From the NCBI GenBank assembly GCA_010909165.1, contig MU008192.1:310001-374000 (forward strand): DNA of 64,000 bases, given 5' to 3'. The DNA comes from Anthoceros angustus (Eukaryota; Plantae; Anthocerotophyta). The translations under genes were made by a program, and so were the position numbers. Shown piece by piece: positions 48,511-63,133 of the stretch; the stretch's first letter is position 1, and each line of letters begins with the position of its first letter. Under the pieces are notes generated by a model. The model made no database searches, had not been told where the DNA came from, and saw only the letters and a list, made by a program, of their open reading frames with translations.

Positions 48511-51500
48511 TGGGAGTCCATGGCGCGGATGAGGCAGAGAGAACGATGTATGGGCATGACCGGCGACAACCGGCGATAGGCACGGCATATTGGCGGTCAC
48601 CAGGCCAACTCCGGGGTATTTTCTGGTCTTAATGTGACCGACGTACCTCGAGTCCTCGACTGCCGCCCGGCCTTTACACGCTCCGCGTTCGGGCTCTTGG
48701 AAAAACCCTGGCGGCTTCCACCTTGTACGAAGGATGGGGTATGCTCTGACAGTCACATGGGAGCTTGTATAAAACTGAGTCTGTGAGGAGTAATGTCATA
48801 CTACATACAGTCTACAAGCCTGGAGATGAGAGGGCAACAGTCTTGATTAGTGGTTGCACCGCTAGGTGTACAAGCCTGGAGACGAGAGAACAAACTCTTG
48901 TTTACTGGGCTTGAACAGCTAGGTGCCTGGACAGTCTGTCTTGGGTGCTCTGACACGCATCACTTCTTGGACTGGAATGGGCCCGGGGGCTGCCCAGTGT
49001 GGATGTAGATCAGCGTCATTTGATCAGAGGTTTCACCCAAAGCTGCAGCTGGGTCCAAACATCTGACATGTACCTCGGCGTCAAAATCCACACCCACATA
49101 TATGTATGGGAACTGGCAAGGCATGTGAGTACCCGGTATACAGATCTGCTTCCCATTGGTCGAGGCTGCATCCTCGGGCTTCAATTACGGACAGGGACAA
49201 AACCACGGTTTTATTGCAGCATTCTATCCTTGGATGGTCGAATCCACGGCATGGACAAGCGCATTGCTCGCCGTTGACAGCCGAGGTGGTGCTGCAGCTG
49301 CTGGCACTACTGGCCATATGTGGCCGATTCCGATCCAAAAGCTCGTCCACAAAATGTCACTACGGTGGGTCTCGTCTGTCAAAGACCCACCACCTCCATC
49401 CACCTTCATCCATCCTTCCACCACTAGTCACCACGGCGCCATCGTGTACTAATCAAACAAGCATCATTACTGTAAAGCAGTCCAGCCTCGGCATGGCGTC
49501 ATAAAGAAGGTGGATGTGCCCACCCACTCAGCCCCTTTCTGGTAGCGTCCTTCCTAGCAGAGGTTTCTAGGCAGAATGCTCCAAGGACTGCCGGATAGGG
49601 GTTCATCCCAAGGCACTTATTAGGGCAGGAATGAAGTCCATCAAAGGCAGCTCATCTGGTCCTGATTGGTAGGTTGCTGCAAACTCATTACAGCCAGACG
49701 GTCGGCATTCTGATGAGGGGCTTGTAGCCCTAGGAACAAGTTCCTAACAGCCAATCAGTTGTGTGGCGCGTGGGACTTCCCTTCCTTCACATGCTCCTCG
49801 GCCCCAATCACATTAGGGCAGAGATAGCCCGGCTAATCGTAAATAGCCACAAGCTTCCTATGTAAGCCTTACTAAAAACAACAGAAGGCAGAATCTTCCG
49901 CCAAAACCGGCAAGCCTGTCACCCGATGCAAAGCATCAGCTAACTGGTGCCGACAAATCCGAAGCTCAAGACCAACGGCATTCGAAGTTAATCAGTTAAT
50001 CTGGGTCTGGGCGAGGTGAGTCCACTCAGGTCTCACTGTGACAGGACAACACTACGATACCCATCGTAAGAAGTGTGCTCAGAATGGATGGATATACATG
50101 ACAACAGGCAGTCAAAGCAGCGTGGACCTGCCTTTCATGACAGGAGGCGTGTAATGGACTGGAGGCCTAGAGTAGACGGTTGTTTGTTGTTCGTTTGCCT
50201 TCCCCTAAGTACTGTAACGTTGTTCTATCTTCAATCCCGGATGATGGAAAACAGCTGCACGGGATTCTTGCTTCATCATTGCTGCCATCACCCAACCACC
50301 AGCATGCTGGCATGGCAATTTGGTGGATGCTGGGAGTGTCCTTTTGGACGAGGTTCCAAATTTGATGAGGTTGTACTGGTGGTATGCTATGCTGTATGCA
50401 TGTACGCATGGAGCGCTGTAACGTGCTATGCTGTATGCATGAGAGCTGTAACGTACATACGACTGTGTACACACCCTTGTAACTGCTGCCCTGAAAAGCT
50501 TTTGGAAATATGGATGACGTGTGGGAGAGAGAAGGATGTGTTCATCTGTGGGCGTGTAGGTAATGAGAGGGTAAATGCCCAGAACGTAGACAGACTGCAA
50601 GCATGAAAGTGAAATCTTGGCGAGAAAGGCGGATGAAATGACAATCTTGGGATCAACCTCGTCTGCAGTGTGGAGTGAAGCAAGTGTGGCACTGTAGCAG
50701 CAGTCCTGAAGGATTGGATCCCGTCGTGGGGCCTGGTGCTTCCTACTTTACCCTTGGGCTATCCAGGCTCTGTTTCTCACAGCAGATGAGGCCTTGCGGG
50801 TGAGAGAAAGCTGCCAGAGTGTTGCTGGAAGTTGGTGTGTGGAGAGAATCGGAGAGAAGCAACCCTGTGGGCTCCTTGTGGAAGAAGGCTGCAGTTCTGC
50901 TAGCACCGCAACAGGAACCCCATTCTGCCTGTGGGGCTCGGTTTGTGCCGCGTCTCGGGAGTAGGGTGTGCTGGGCACTGCGTGCAGCTGGGAGTCTGGG
51001 ACTTGGGCGGGGCTCGGTGGCTGGAGAGGAGCCTCTCTCTCTTGCTTGGGCCTCGGCTGCTGTGACCGCTGTGTCGGCAGGCTGGGTCTGGGCTGCCCAC
51101 GGGCTTGAAGTCGTTTCTGGGTCTGGCGGGTGTTGCGACCCAGAATTACGGAGAGGCCGGCATTGGCGATGGAGGGTTCCCGTTGCTGCCGTCTCTCTTC
51201 CTCCGCCCGGCCGCCTGCCTCGCTGCTGCGTCTCCGCAGCTGCAATTCTCTACCGGGCCGCGCCGCGTCGCAGGGCAGGAATGCCGTGCATGTGCTGTGA
51301 GCTCGCCCAGCTTCCTGGCAGCTGCGGAGGAAATGGAGTGTCGGAGCTCTGGCAGGCCGGGTTCCCCATGCTGCAGGCAGTGCTTGAGCAGAGGGCCGTG
51401 AGGAAAGGGAGAAACAATTTTTGCCGAGGTCGTGGAATTATTGGAGGTGACAGGAAGGGAATGCGCAGGGCGGCAGCGGCGCTGTCTCCGCTTCTTGTGT

Positions 51501-51607
51501 GAAGGGGCGGAATCAGCGGAAGGAAGGAAGGCCAGCGGTCGGGTTCTGTTGGGAGCATGAAATGCTTGAACCTCTCCTGCGTTGCCGATAACCTCTGGGC
51601 TTGATCG

Positions 51608-54600
51608 ATGGGTTGTATCAATGGGAAGCCTTCTGCAGACGAAACTGGGCCGGGGTTCTGCTCCAATTTGGGCAGAGGAGGGTTTGGGCAGAAGCAGAGG
51701 AATGTGGGGAATGGAGCTGGGGCTGCGAGGAAGGAAGAGAAAGGGTTGAAGGTCCAGGGTTCGCGTGATGCTGCTTTGGGTGGTGAGAAGTTTGAATTGG
51801 GCGGTGGAAACCCGGACCTGGACTACCACCTCGGCCAGGGTGCCGCCCAGCTGGAGCCCTCGGACCTGGATCTGGGGCTGCCCCGTCTTTCACGACTGTC
51901 GGCACAGTACCTGCCTCCTACTGGATCCAGGGTAGTGCATGTGCCGTCGGGGAATTTCGAGCTGCGGTATTCGTATCTCTCGCAGCGGGGATACTACCCT
52001 GAGGCTCTGGACAAGGCCAATCAAGATAGCTTCTGTGTGCACACTCAGTTTGGGCAAGACCAGAATGACCACTTCTTCGGCGTGTTTGATGGGCATGGGG
52101 AATTTGGGACTCAGTGCTCGCAGTTTGCAAAGAAGCACCTGTGTGAGAATCTGCTCAGGAATAGGCACTTTCATACGGATGCGGTTCAAGCCTACCACAT
52201 GGCGTTTACTGCCACCAACACCCAGCTGCACCGGAATAGCATAGATGATTCAATGAGTGGTACGACAGGCGTGACTGTGCTGGTGAGGGGGAGCATGCTG
52301 TATGTCGCGAATGTAGGTGACTCCAGGGCTGTCCTAGCAGAGAAGAGGGGGAAAAAGCTGGTTGCGGTAGATCTGTCCAGTGATCAGACTCCATTTCGGC
52401 CGGACGAGTGCGCCAGAGTGAAGTCAGCTGGAGCTAGGGTTCTCACCTTGGATCAGTTGGAGGGCCTCAAGAATCCCAATGTACAGTGCTGGGGTGGGGA
52501 AGAGGATGATGATGGGGACCCTCCCCGCTTGTGGGTGCAGAATGGGATGTATCCTGGAACAGCTTTCACCAGAAGCATTGGTGATACGGTTGCGGAACGT
52601 ATTGGTGTTATTGCTGTGCCTGAAGTGCTGGTCATGGAGCTCACTTCGAAGCACCCGTTTCTGGTGGTTGCCAGTGATGGAGTGTTTGAATTTCTTTCAA
52701 GTCAAGCTGTTGTGGACATGGTGAGCGTGTGGCACTTGCCTGTGTCTGTCTTGGTGGTGTCTTCTGGCTTTCAATATTGAAATGCTTGTGCTGTCGAGAT
52801 TGCAATGTGCAATGTGCACATTGAATGTCTCCAGGATAGAAGTGCTGCTATGCACTGAGATTCTGGAGGCATCACTAGTGTGAAGTATGATGCCTATCTG
52901 TTCAGCTTCCAATTTGTGTCTTGCAGGTTGCAAAGTTTAAGGATCCTCGGGATGCTTGTGCGGCAATTGTAGCTGAGTCCTATCGCCTGTGGCTTCAATA
53001 CGAAACCCGTACCGATGACATTACCATTATCATTGTACATATCGATGGTCTTCAGGATGTAAGTGCAGGGAGGTGCAGAGGTTGAGAGCTAATGTGCAGT
53101 AAATTAGCATCTTTATTTTTTAAGCTTTCATAACCCCCTGGGCAACGTCTGGTAGGGGTTTTCTGAACTCTTGGGCATTTCATGCAGGCGGAAGGACCCC
53201 TGGGTATCAAAGACAGTGACATATTTTCGCTTACTGAGAAAATACAAGGTGGTAGCTCTCCTGGGTTGACCTTTGGAGGAAGGAAGTCGTCAGGGGTCCG
53301 CCCTGCTAGGCATGATCTGTCAAGAGCACGTCTGAGGGCAATTGAGACTTCCTTAGAGGCTGAAGAAGTTTGGTTGCCTCCAGCTAAAATACATGAGAAG
53401 ACTGCTGAAGAAAGGGTATGTCTTGATGCATCTTTGTCATTTTTCGTTTGTCTTCAGTACTTAGCTGCAACATTTTGAGGACGGTCTTCAAGATACGCTT
53501 CTTGCGATCTCTTTGTGTGGGTGACCATACCCGGCGTATGCGGAATCTGATGGCAACAGGCGCAAATTGAGAAGGCTCTGCAATCAAATTTTCTATTCCA
53601 CAACCTGACTGAGAAGCAGCTGGATACTCTTTATGGTTGTATGGAGCGAGTGCATGTGAATGCAGGGGATGTTATTATACGTCAGGTAAGTAATCTGGCA
53701 GCTACAACTTATGCCAGCCATGTGAACATTGATTGAATTGTTGGCTTGACTTTGTGTCATTGTCTTGTTTTTCATCTGTGATCATTGGAAACGTTGGCTT
53801 GTCTGTATAGGGTGCTGAAGGCGATCAATTTTACATTGCTGAAAGTGGTCGATTTGAAGCTCTGGTCTCCCAGGTTCTTGCTACAAATTTGTCTGGATCA
53901 TGTCTCCATTTCCTGTCATTCAAGGCTGCATGTGCTGAACTGGTTTTTGTTTGCAGTCGTCAACTGGAGACCAAGACATGGGCACTGTAGTTGCACAGTA
54001 CAGAGGAGAAGACAGCGCGTGTTTTGGCGAGCTTGCCTTAATGTATGATGCCGATAAAGAGTGTGAACTGTGTGTCCTAGACTGCTGTCAGGCTTTAACT
54101 TGCAGTGGGTATCTGGCAGGTACAATAAGCCTCGGCAAGCCTCTGTTCGAGCTGTTACCAATGGCACACTTTGGGCACTTTCTCGAGAAACATTTCGCAG
54201 TGTTCTCCTAACAAAGTTTACTCACCAGTCTGCACTGAAGATCATGAGGACACTAGATGTGCTCTCAAAGTTCAGTCTACATCAGCTGCATCGTCTTGCT
54301 GACTGCCTGGTGGAATTCAAGTTTCAGGATGGTGATGTCATCGTAGAGAAGGTACTGGCTATGTTGACAGCAAAGTGGTCGGACAAGAGTCATTGTGGAA
54401 AAGAAAAGTGGTCATACTGTCTAGTCCTAAGCATTCAAGCACCATGATGAAACTTGTGATATTGGGCTCTCAAAATTACTAGGAGAGGTGCTGTCAAGTT
54501 GTCTTTCCCTTGAAACAAAGAGCTGATGGTTTCTCGGCAACTGCAGGATGAAGAGGTCTCAACATTTTACATTGTGAACCGAGGAGATGTACAGGTAACA

Positions 54601-56693
54601 GATCATGGAGAGCTGATGAAGCAAATTCTGGGCTCGAAGAAAAGGCGAGACCTTCCTGCATTTGGGGATAAAGTGCGAAATGCACGAAGAGCTCATCAAT
54701 CTCCAATTCAAGCCTCAAAAGTATTTCATGCTCCAAAGGAACCTTTTCGGGAGACTCCATCTGCCTTGAGTTCACCAACATTGAGTTCTAGTTCTCCAAC
54801 AGTAGCACCTCAACCTGATGTTGAGATACGGAGAGGAGTGATGTACTTTGGGGAGTGGGTTGTGACTGGTGCTCCTCCGCGTTCTATCACAGCTGTAGCA
54901 GTTGGGGATGTGGAGGGTTGGTCCATGAGCAAGGAAGAATTTATTGATATCATTGGACCTCTCCAACGCACTGAAGCTGAAGAAAGGTGCAAGCAATGCT
55001 ACAAAACACTAGTGGACCTCCCTTTTGAGTTTTTACATTTACTTATTGTACAGTCGCTCATGCTGTGATGAGGAAATGTGAGTTGACACATGTGCTGTCT
55101 CTAATGTGCAGACTCAGGGACAAGATGTCCTTTTTGAGGAAGGAGCTCTCTGCTGAAGTAGATGTTCCTGGCTTTGAAAAAGTCCGCCTTACTGATCTGG
55201 TAGGGACATTGTGGAGACTGGGTGGATAAGTATTGTTCAGGTTGCAGCTTCTTGAGGGCGTTATGTTGACGTATCGTGTGGCAACCCTTTTGTGCTAGGA
55301 ATGGCAAGAGACTGTCTATTCTACAGACTGTTGTGAAGTTGGCGTAGTTCTGTGGAAAAAATCAGGTAGAGGTCGTCCCCTTGGCTGCTGATGTGGACTT
55401 GCAACTGTTCAATCACATCTGTTCGGAGAAGCACAGGATCAATGCTGAGGGCATGTTGTTCCCTTAACTCTTATTTTCAGGGAAGACAGAGCAGGTCATC
55501 AGCATGAAAAGATATCTGAGGCGAAAAGTAAAACTATTGAGCAGGGAAGCACAAATTTTGAATGAGAGGGCTCTCATCCAGAGTTTGAGTCCCTCGGTAT
55601 ATGTTCCCCAAGTTCTGTGCACTCGAGGAAACAAGGAATATGCTGCAGTGTTATTGAACACTCGGTTGGCTGGACCACTGGCTCTCATACTACTCTCACC
55701 ACTTGATGAAGCTGCAAGTCGATTCATCGCAGCCTCAGTTGTCTTGGCTCTGGACCTTCTCCACAAGGTGCTTATCTACAGATGGTCCACTGTGAGAAAA
55801 CATTCTGTCTTGCAGCATGCAGGAATGTCTAACCATCTAGTCTTAACCTCAGGATGGAGTAATATATCGTGGTGTCTCACCAGACGTGCTGATGCTTGAT
55901 CGAAGTGGCCGGCTCCAGGTAAGCTCCATTGTGAACAAGAAGCTTGTCGTTAAGAAACTTGCCCCAATGACCTAACCAGAGAGCTCTCTGATTGTCCAGT
56001 TGGTGGACTTCCGCTTTGCAAAGCGGCTTGACAATGCCCGCACCTTCACCATATGTGGAATGGCAGACTTCTTGGCACCTGAAGTAATCCAGGGCCAAGG
56101 ACACCATGAAGGCGCTGACTGGTACGGCTCTCTTGTTCCTTCAGAGGCACTAGTTGAAAGGTTCAAAAATTAACTGGAATATGTCTCCACTTGGACAGGT
56201 GGGCGCTTGGTGTCTTACTCTACTTCATGCTCCAAAATGACCTACCGTTTGGTTCATGGAGAGACAGCGAGTTGGACATCTACAACAAGATAGCCCAAAG
56301 GCAGTTATCGTTTCCTGCAAAGTCCAGTCCTGACGCAACTGATCTTATTGACAAGGTCTGTGCTCTGTTCAGGCCCCGTTCACAACATGTTTGTCTTTAA
56401 AACTCCATTGTCAGCCTTCTGACATCCTTTTTCTCAAGCAGTTGCTTCAAGTCGATGTGGAGGAAAGACTCGGTTGTGGAATCGATGGGGTTGATGCCAT
56501 TAAGAGGCATCCCTGGTTCCGTGGCCTTGATTGGGAAGGTCTCCTTGAGCACAGAACTGTGGTTCCCCCAGAGATATTATCGCGCCTGGCCTCAGCACTG
56601 GAGTTCTATCATGCGGAAGATCACTATCAGGTCTTTGATTTCCCAACAACCGACACAGAAGATGGATCTCCATTCTGGCTAGATGGCTGGTAG
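51608..56693 (+). CDS. PP2C + cyclic-nucleotide-binding + kinase domain protein (plant PKG-like), multi-exon
   Basis: [57 protein letters not shown]; cNMP motif [16 protein letters not shown]; kinase [31 protein letters not shown]; ends WLDGW. Internal exon boundaries not all resolved. Confidence 0.95.
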
Positions 56694-57523
56694 CGAGCTT
56701 TCTCGATCAAGAAAAGCAGTGTCAGCAGAAGCAACCTGGAGGGCTGACCAACAAGGGTACGCGTCTAGAACGTGGCAGAGGCTGGCAATTTTGAGCTTTT
56801 TCGTGTTCCATGCGAAACGTGTGTAATTGGACCTCTGATCCTGTTGCAGTGAGCAGATAACCTGCGAGATGGACTTGGCGGCAGCCGAGGAATCCCAACC
56901 TGCTCTCTTAAAAGTGTAGTGTAACTAGCGGCTAGAAGTTAAAGTCGAAATTCAGGAACTCAGTTCCTGAATCCAGGAGAGGGACGGACGTCATGGCAAC
57001 CTGGTCCCTTCCGTTACTCAGCAAAGTAGGATCCATTCTTTAACAGACTGTCATGACTGAGAAAACTTACGCTCTCACTATCCCCTTGTGACTCATCAAA
57101 TTTGTAACTATAAACTGCTCCGTGGAGCGGATGTATGTATTGTTGTCCTGTACAGATCTTCACCTCTTCTCCATAGCATACAGGTATAGAACCATGGTTA
57201 CAAAACTATGTTGATTCATCCTCGCTGAGACCAGCTGCGTAGGATTCGCAGCGCCTACGACCATGGACACGTGCCGGCGTACCTATGCTGAGACACATGA
57301 TGATACGAAAACAAGAGACGCTCGCTTCAGTTAAGCAGCACGGACATCGGTAAGAGGGCAGGGGAATGTACATCGTTCAAAACCATTACCTCTTCCACTA
57401 CCTGAGTTTCTCTCGGAGTCTATAATTCTGCAGGCTGGCTAAAGTGCTACCAAAAAAAAATCCTAATACCTTGTACATCAAAGTCCCAGCTGCGGCCTTC
57501 TCATCAGCTACCTAGGTTGGCTA

Positions 57524-58549
57524 TCAACAGACTTTGGCTTTGGAGAAGTCCATCTCAGGGTGCTGGGCCATGAACTTCTTTAAGATGTCGTTCTTCTGCT
57601 GCTCATCAGCTGTCGGCAGTCCCATAGCCTTCTGGCGTTGATCATACATCATTTTCTCCACAGTTTGGCGTGTCTCAGGGTCCAAATCTGCCAGCTTACT
57701 GTTCTCTGGTTCCACTTTCTGGGTGTTGATTTCGACATCACCCTTAATCACAGACTTCCACCACTCCATTTGATTGTGCTTGGTGAGTAGAACAGACACA
57801 ATCTTCCCATCCTCCAAACTCCAGAAACAGTCATCCGGTTTCACACGATTGAACAACTCACCCTCGACAATAGGAGCTTCCCCTTTGATGCCCACCTTGA
57901 TATGTGTCTTTTTTATGTCACACAGCACAGCTCGAGACCTGGTTCCTGGTGGCACAGGAACCTGCACCGACACCTCCGACAGTGTTTGAGTCCAAGAATA
58001 TTTATCCAAGTCGGCACCGTTCCCAGCATTAGGTTTGACCCCATCCTTCCCGTCATCCTTCTCCGGCTCATCCGGCAACTCTACAGAGCTGCTAGAGGTG
58101 ACAGTGCTGTCCTCCATAGTGGTATCTTCCGAAGCCTTCCCCTTCTCCTCATGCCCGTTGCCATTTGCAGCCTCCTCCTTTACCGCAGGCTTCTCCTGCT
58201 TCACCGACTTGCTGAAGCTCTGCGGAACTAACTTAATCGGACCGGTCCTCGTCTTGCTAGACGAAGCCCTGGCAGCGTCATAGTCCGCCTTGCCCTCCAC
58301 TCTCTGCCGCTTCACGGCCGTAACAATTTCTGCAACGCGGGCTTCAGCTCCGGCCTCCAAGAACAGGTCCGTCTTCCTCCTAAGAAAATCAAACACAGTT
58401 CGTAGAAGCTCAAAAGGTTGCTCCTCGTGCTCCTTCAACAGAGCTCCCAGAGCCTCATCCAGAGGGAAGCTGGGAGGAGTGGCACCGCTAGACCCTGCCA
58501 CCGGCTTCGCCTCCGGAGTTTCCTCGGTGTAGTCCGAAATAACCGCCAT
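57524..58549 (-). CDS. BOB1: BOBBER1 / NudC-family chaperone, intronless, 341 aa
   Basis: MAVISDY; [18 protein letters not shown]; [43 protein letters not shown]; HPEMDFS. Confidence 0.95.
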   Translation of the reverse strand: MAVISDYTEETPEAKPVAGSSGATPPSFPLDEALGALLKEHEEQPFELLRTVFDFLRRKTDLFLEAGAEARVAEIVTAVKRQRVEGKADYDAARASSSKTRTGPIKLVPQSFSKSVKQEKPAVKEEAANGNGHEEKGKASEDTTMEDSTVTSSSSVELPDEPEKDDGKDGVKPNAGNGADLDKYSWTQTLSEVSVQVPVPPGTRSRAVLCDIKKTHIKVGIKGEAPIVEGELFNRVKPDDCFWSLEDGKIVSVLLTKHNQMEWWKSVIKGDVEINTQKVEPENSKLADLDPETRQTVEKMMYDQRQKAMGLPTADEQQKNDILKKFMAQHPEMDFSKAKVC

Positions 58550-60145
58550 GCTCCAGTACCTGCAGCCGACTCAGCAAAGCGCAAGATCAAACAAAGACCC
58601 GTTACCAAGAACTACGACAAACCAAGGGTTTTAAACCACCAATGCTGCAGACCATCACAAATCTCACACGAAGAGAACCTGCAGGCCGAGCGAGAAGCAA
58701 GCAGCGTCGATCACAAGCCAACCAATCAGGTCGCCACTCACCGCGCGGATTAGTACACGCAGCGAGCTCGACTCCTCACCTCCTTTCCTCCCTCCCCGTT
58801 TCTAGGGCTTCAGTTCGATCGCATCCCCCAATTTCAAGTACTCGCAAGCCATTTACTTCACCCCCGGTGCCTTGATAAATAACAATAAAATAGATAGTCC
58901 GACTCGAATTCAGGCTTTCTTTCCCGGGCGTTCAATGGGATTGGAGACGTTTCCGAAATCGTCAACAAGGAGCTTGCTTGCAAACTGCACGGGCAACAAG
59001 TGTGAACTTCAGATCGACAAGAAGCATTCGGAGATTGACAGCTATGTGATTTCTCAAACTAACAAACACACTACAGAGTCGAGTCTTTGAGCCCCCGACC
59101 CGCTTTGCAGCATGTGCTCTCGCTCAGAGAAGAAGACGGCGCTTCAAGCACTGCTTCACTGCCCTTCCCTTCCCTTCCCATCCCATCCCATCCCATCCCA
59201 CACCAAGCGTCACGTTTGTGCGGTGGAGACGATGGCGAGAGGGAATCTATTAGGCCGAGAATCTAAACGGACTTGTCAATTGTTTTTACAATCCGGGATG
59301 GAGGCTAAGATGCCCCTTCAAGTCCACCATAGCCCGACCCCGGACCCACACACATCAATTATTTTGCTCATGCTTGTGTGGAATTCTTCTGATTGAATGT
59401 TCAATGCATATTCGCTTTTGCAAGTCTGCATCCGGGGCACACCGTAAGCCTAACGCCTAATGCGTACTTCTTCTGCGAACCTCACGGACCTGAGCAGCGT
59501 ATGTACCGTCCACGCGCCGGGTGCGCACCGGCACGACAATAGCTTCCTTCTCCTCCATCCAGCACCTCCCCCGGACCAAGTGAATGCCCTCGTTCAAAGA
59601 CCCAATTATTGTTTCCCTCCTTCCAGCAGGTCCTCCGGACTGGCAAGGGAAATATGTCCACGTCTCTGGTATCTGAGCTTTACAGGTGCCCCCTGATGTG
59701 CATGTGGCGCGTCGAGGACGCGGGGCCGCTACCAGCCACGCACCTCCCCACCCCCTTCCTTGAAAACGGCCCCTGCGCGACTTCTGCCCACTCGTGGCCG
59801 TCTTGACATAGTGCTACTCGTATAAGGTCTCGGCCTCTCCAAGAATTTTGATGGGCAGGGAAGAAGAGACCGAGACTGCTACTGGACTGCTGCGAGGTTG
59901 TTCGATCTTGAGACAGAGGCATAGAGGGAGGTCTACCTGCTGGGGCAGTGGGTTGATGACGCTGGGAGGAGAGAGTGCTTGTGATGGACTGTGGTTGGGA
60001 TGAGGACATGTTTGTGATTGATTGAGGCTGGGATGAGGAAATGTTTGTGGTGGATTGAGGCTGGGAGGAGGGGATTGTTGTGATCGATTTCAGTGGAACA
60101 TTTTTGAGGGCGGAAGGGAAGGAGCTGGTGCCGAATCAAGAAACA

Positions 60146-62343
60146 ATGGCAGGGAGGTGGTGGAGGAGCTGGGTGCTGTTGTTTTTGTGGGTGATGGCGG
60201 GGATGGCGGTTTTGGGGACGTGGGCGGCCCCGGTGAAGACTCCAGACTTCGCGCAATGCCGGAACATCACGCTGGAGTACACATTGGGGACGTACCGGTG
60301 TTGCCCGCCGGTGCCGCTCAGGGTGAAGGATTTCGAGTACCCGAAGGAGCTGCCGGTGCGGGTGCGGAGGCCAATCCACACGCTGGTGAAGGACACGGAG
60401 TTCTGGGAGAAGTACAACCGGGCGTACGAGCTGCTGCGGGCGCTGCCTCCGAATGATCCCAGGTCGCACAACGTGCAGGCCTGGATGCACTGCGCCTACT
60501 GCAACGACGCGCTCATCCAGCGGGACCTCAAGCCCGACACCTCGCTCCTGGTGCACAGGTCCTGGCTGTTTCTGCCCTGGCACCGCTGGTATGTGTATTT
60601 CCATGAGCGCATTCTGGCCAAGCTCATCGGCGACGACACCTTCGCTCTTCCCTACTGGAATTTCGACAATCAGAGCGTGGCCGACGGCCACCCTCGGGCC
60701 GACAAGTTGCCTCTGGAGTTCAGTCAGTGGCCCGCCCTCGGGGACCCCAAACGGAGCAAATTCCATCTCCCCCCCCACACCATGGACATCCCCTTCGACG
60801 TCCTCACTGATTTGGGTAAAGCGCTTGTCTTCCACTTCCCTGAGCATGATTTGGTGTATGCATATGCAGCTTCGGAAGAGACCCTACATGGAGTTGGTGA
60901 ATTGGGTGGTGGGTGGTGTGAGACTAAATGAATGTCGTCTTGGGTCGACGTCATTGCTTCTCCGCTTCATATGCCTGCATGAAATGTGATTGCTGAGCAC
61001 AAAGGTGTGCATTTTGTGGGTGTGATTTTTGTGGGTCTGTGTTTTTGCAATTTGTGTGGATGGTGTCATGTTTTCCAGCAAGGGATTGTTCCAGCTCTCT
61101 ATGGTATGGCATGGGGGCGTGCCAGGTTCCCCCCGTGTGAGACCATGAAGTGCTAAACCGTCCTTGCAACTCAGTCCTGTTGTCATGTCAGGGATGACAT
61201 GACCCGACGGTAACCAGCAGCAAAGCGGACTGACCACCCATCTCTGCTGTGCTGGTCGATCCTGCAGGGCCATCGCCTTACACAGAAGAAGAGCTGCTGG
61301 AGCGGAACCGCATCGCCATGAACAGGAACGTGTACATGGCGAACACAGCAGAAACCTTCTTCGGCCAGAAGTTCGTGGAAGGGACGCCGGCATCGCCAGG
61401 GGGCGGGGGGATCGAGTACGTGCCGCACAACAGCATCCACGACTGGGTGGGCGATCTGACATCGCCGGACCACGAAAACATGGGCAACTTCTACTCAGCA
61501 GCGCGGGACCCCATCTTCTTCGGCCTGCACACGAACCTGGACCGCCTCTGGACGGTCTGGCACACTCTTCCCGGGGGCCGCCGAGAGAACCCCACGGACT
61601 CAGACTGGCTGGACGCGGAGTTCATCTTCTTCGACGAGGACGGGGAAGCAGTGCGCGTCAACGTATCCGGCAGCCAGGAGATCGAGCGCCTCCGATACCG
61701 GTACGAGGAAGTCGCCAATTCCTGGGCTCAAGACTACGTCCCTCGCCCTCGAGGCAGCGCCATCCTCCAAGCCGCAGCATCCGCATCCACATCCCCGACC
61801 GCGCCATGGATCCAGACCAAGCCCAAGCTCGTCCTCGACCCGGCGGCGACCGCGGCGGTCGCCCGGCTGGCCAGCATCCCGGACGGCAGCGACCCGGTCG
61901 CCGTCCGCGGGTCGGCCGTACACGTGAAGGTGGGCAGGCCGGAGAAGTCTCTCTTCCGCCTGGCCGCGGAGAAGCTTGGGCTGGTGCCGGTGGGGGAGGA
62001 GGTGTTGGAGATGGAGTCGCTGGTGACGCCCACCAGGACTACCAACATCTTGGATGTGTTCCTGAACCTTCCGGAAGCGGACGGGAGCACGCCCATCACC
62101 ATCGCCGAGTACGCGGGAACGATGTACGAGATTCCCCACACTTCTGCTGCCGTTGCGAGCGACGGGAGCGTGGAGCGCAAGAATTGGCGCACCCAGAGCT
62201 TCCGCCTCGCCATCTCCGGCGTGCTCGCCCAGATCGGGGTCTCGCCGGGTAGCCGAGACCCCGTCGTCGTCTCCATCGTTCCCAGAGGACCCGACAGGAT
62301 GGAGACCAAGTTCGTCCAATCTGTTTCCATTCGCCTCGTCTGA
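60146..62343 (+). CDS. PPO: Polyphenol oxidase with an N-terminal signal peptide, 2 exons (60146-60815, 61268-62343), about 581 aa
   Basis: CuA HCAYC..H.SWLFLPWHRWY.YFHERIL; CuB PHNSIH..DPIFF.LH.NLDRLW; DWL motif; LDVFLN/EYAG C-terminal domain; a phase-1 GT-AG intron joins the frames. Confidence 0.93.
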
Positions 62344-62918
62344 TGCTGATTCTGATTTTGAATACCAGGTACTCTGCCAGCTAGGTCTTCAAACATCTCT
62401 GAATGGCTTCCGGCATCTAACTCTTTTGGCAGATTGGAACCCGCGTGATTAGCTAGCTTTAGACTGTAAGTTGAGTGCGGGATGCACAGAGGGCGTAGCT
62501 AATGTAAGAGAAACATCTAGCTGTGTACAGTATATGTGAGTAACATAATCAACATGTGGAAGATGTGAGGTACTTCAAACCTTCAATCAAATATTCAGTC
62601 AAAGAACTTGACAATAAAATTCACAAAGCTGCCTGCTGGCAACGACAATGGCCTCAGCCTGGAACACAGGTAAGAGGCACCTCGAGGTGAACGCAAACTC
62701 TTCCTGAAACAGTTGGAGCAGAGCACTCAAGAAAGTGCAGCATCATCTCTGGTGTTTGAGATGGACTTCTGACGGTCAAAGCAACCTCAAGACATTTGGT
62801 ATCATCATACACAATGGTGCATAAAGGTAAGGCATTCCTGCTGGAAATACAAATATTGTACTGCAACAGGTACCCTGCTCTCTTAAGATACTGCACAGAA
62901 GCAGAGGAGAATATTTAC

Positions 62919-62966
62919 AGACTATCTGGGGCACTAGAATATCTGGGGCACTAGACTATCTGGGGC
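62919..62966. repeat. 17-bp tandem repeat x3
   Basis: AGA(C/A)TATCTGGGGCACT repeated. Confidence 0.7.
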
Positions 62967-63133
62967 CTGCGCTTAGGAAAGCAAAGCCTACAGTCAGCGA
63001 CCAAAATCAGTACAACGGTATTGGTCAGAGCTGGAAGTCTGTAATTTAAAACTAGAACAGAACAAATAGTCAAGGGTCGTGGGGCAAAGCAAGGGAGCAG
63101 CAGCCGTTGTGCTATGGTTGCAATTGTGCTCAC

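Noticed and set aside
47700-51500. Short ORFs between STN8 and the PP2C-kinase gene
   Set aside because: No recognisable domains; consistent with promoter, UTR and decayed repeat sequence.
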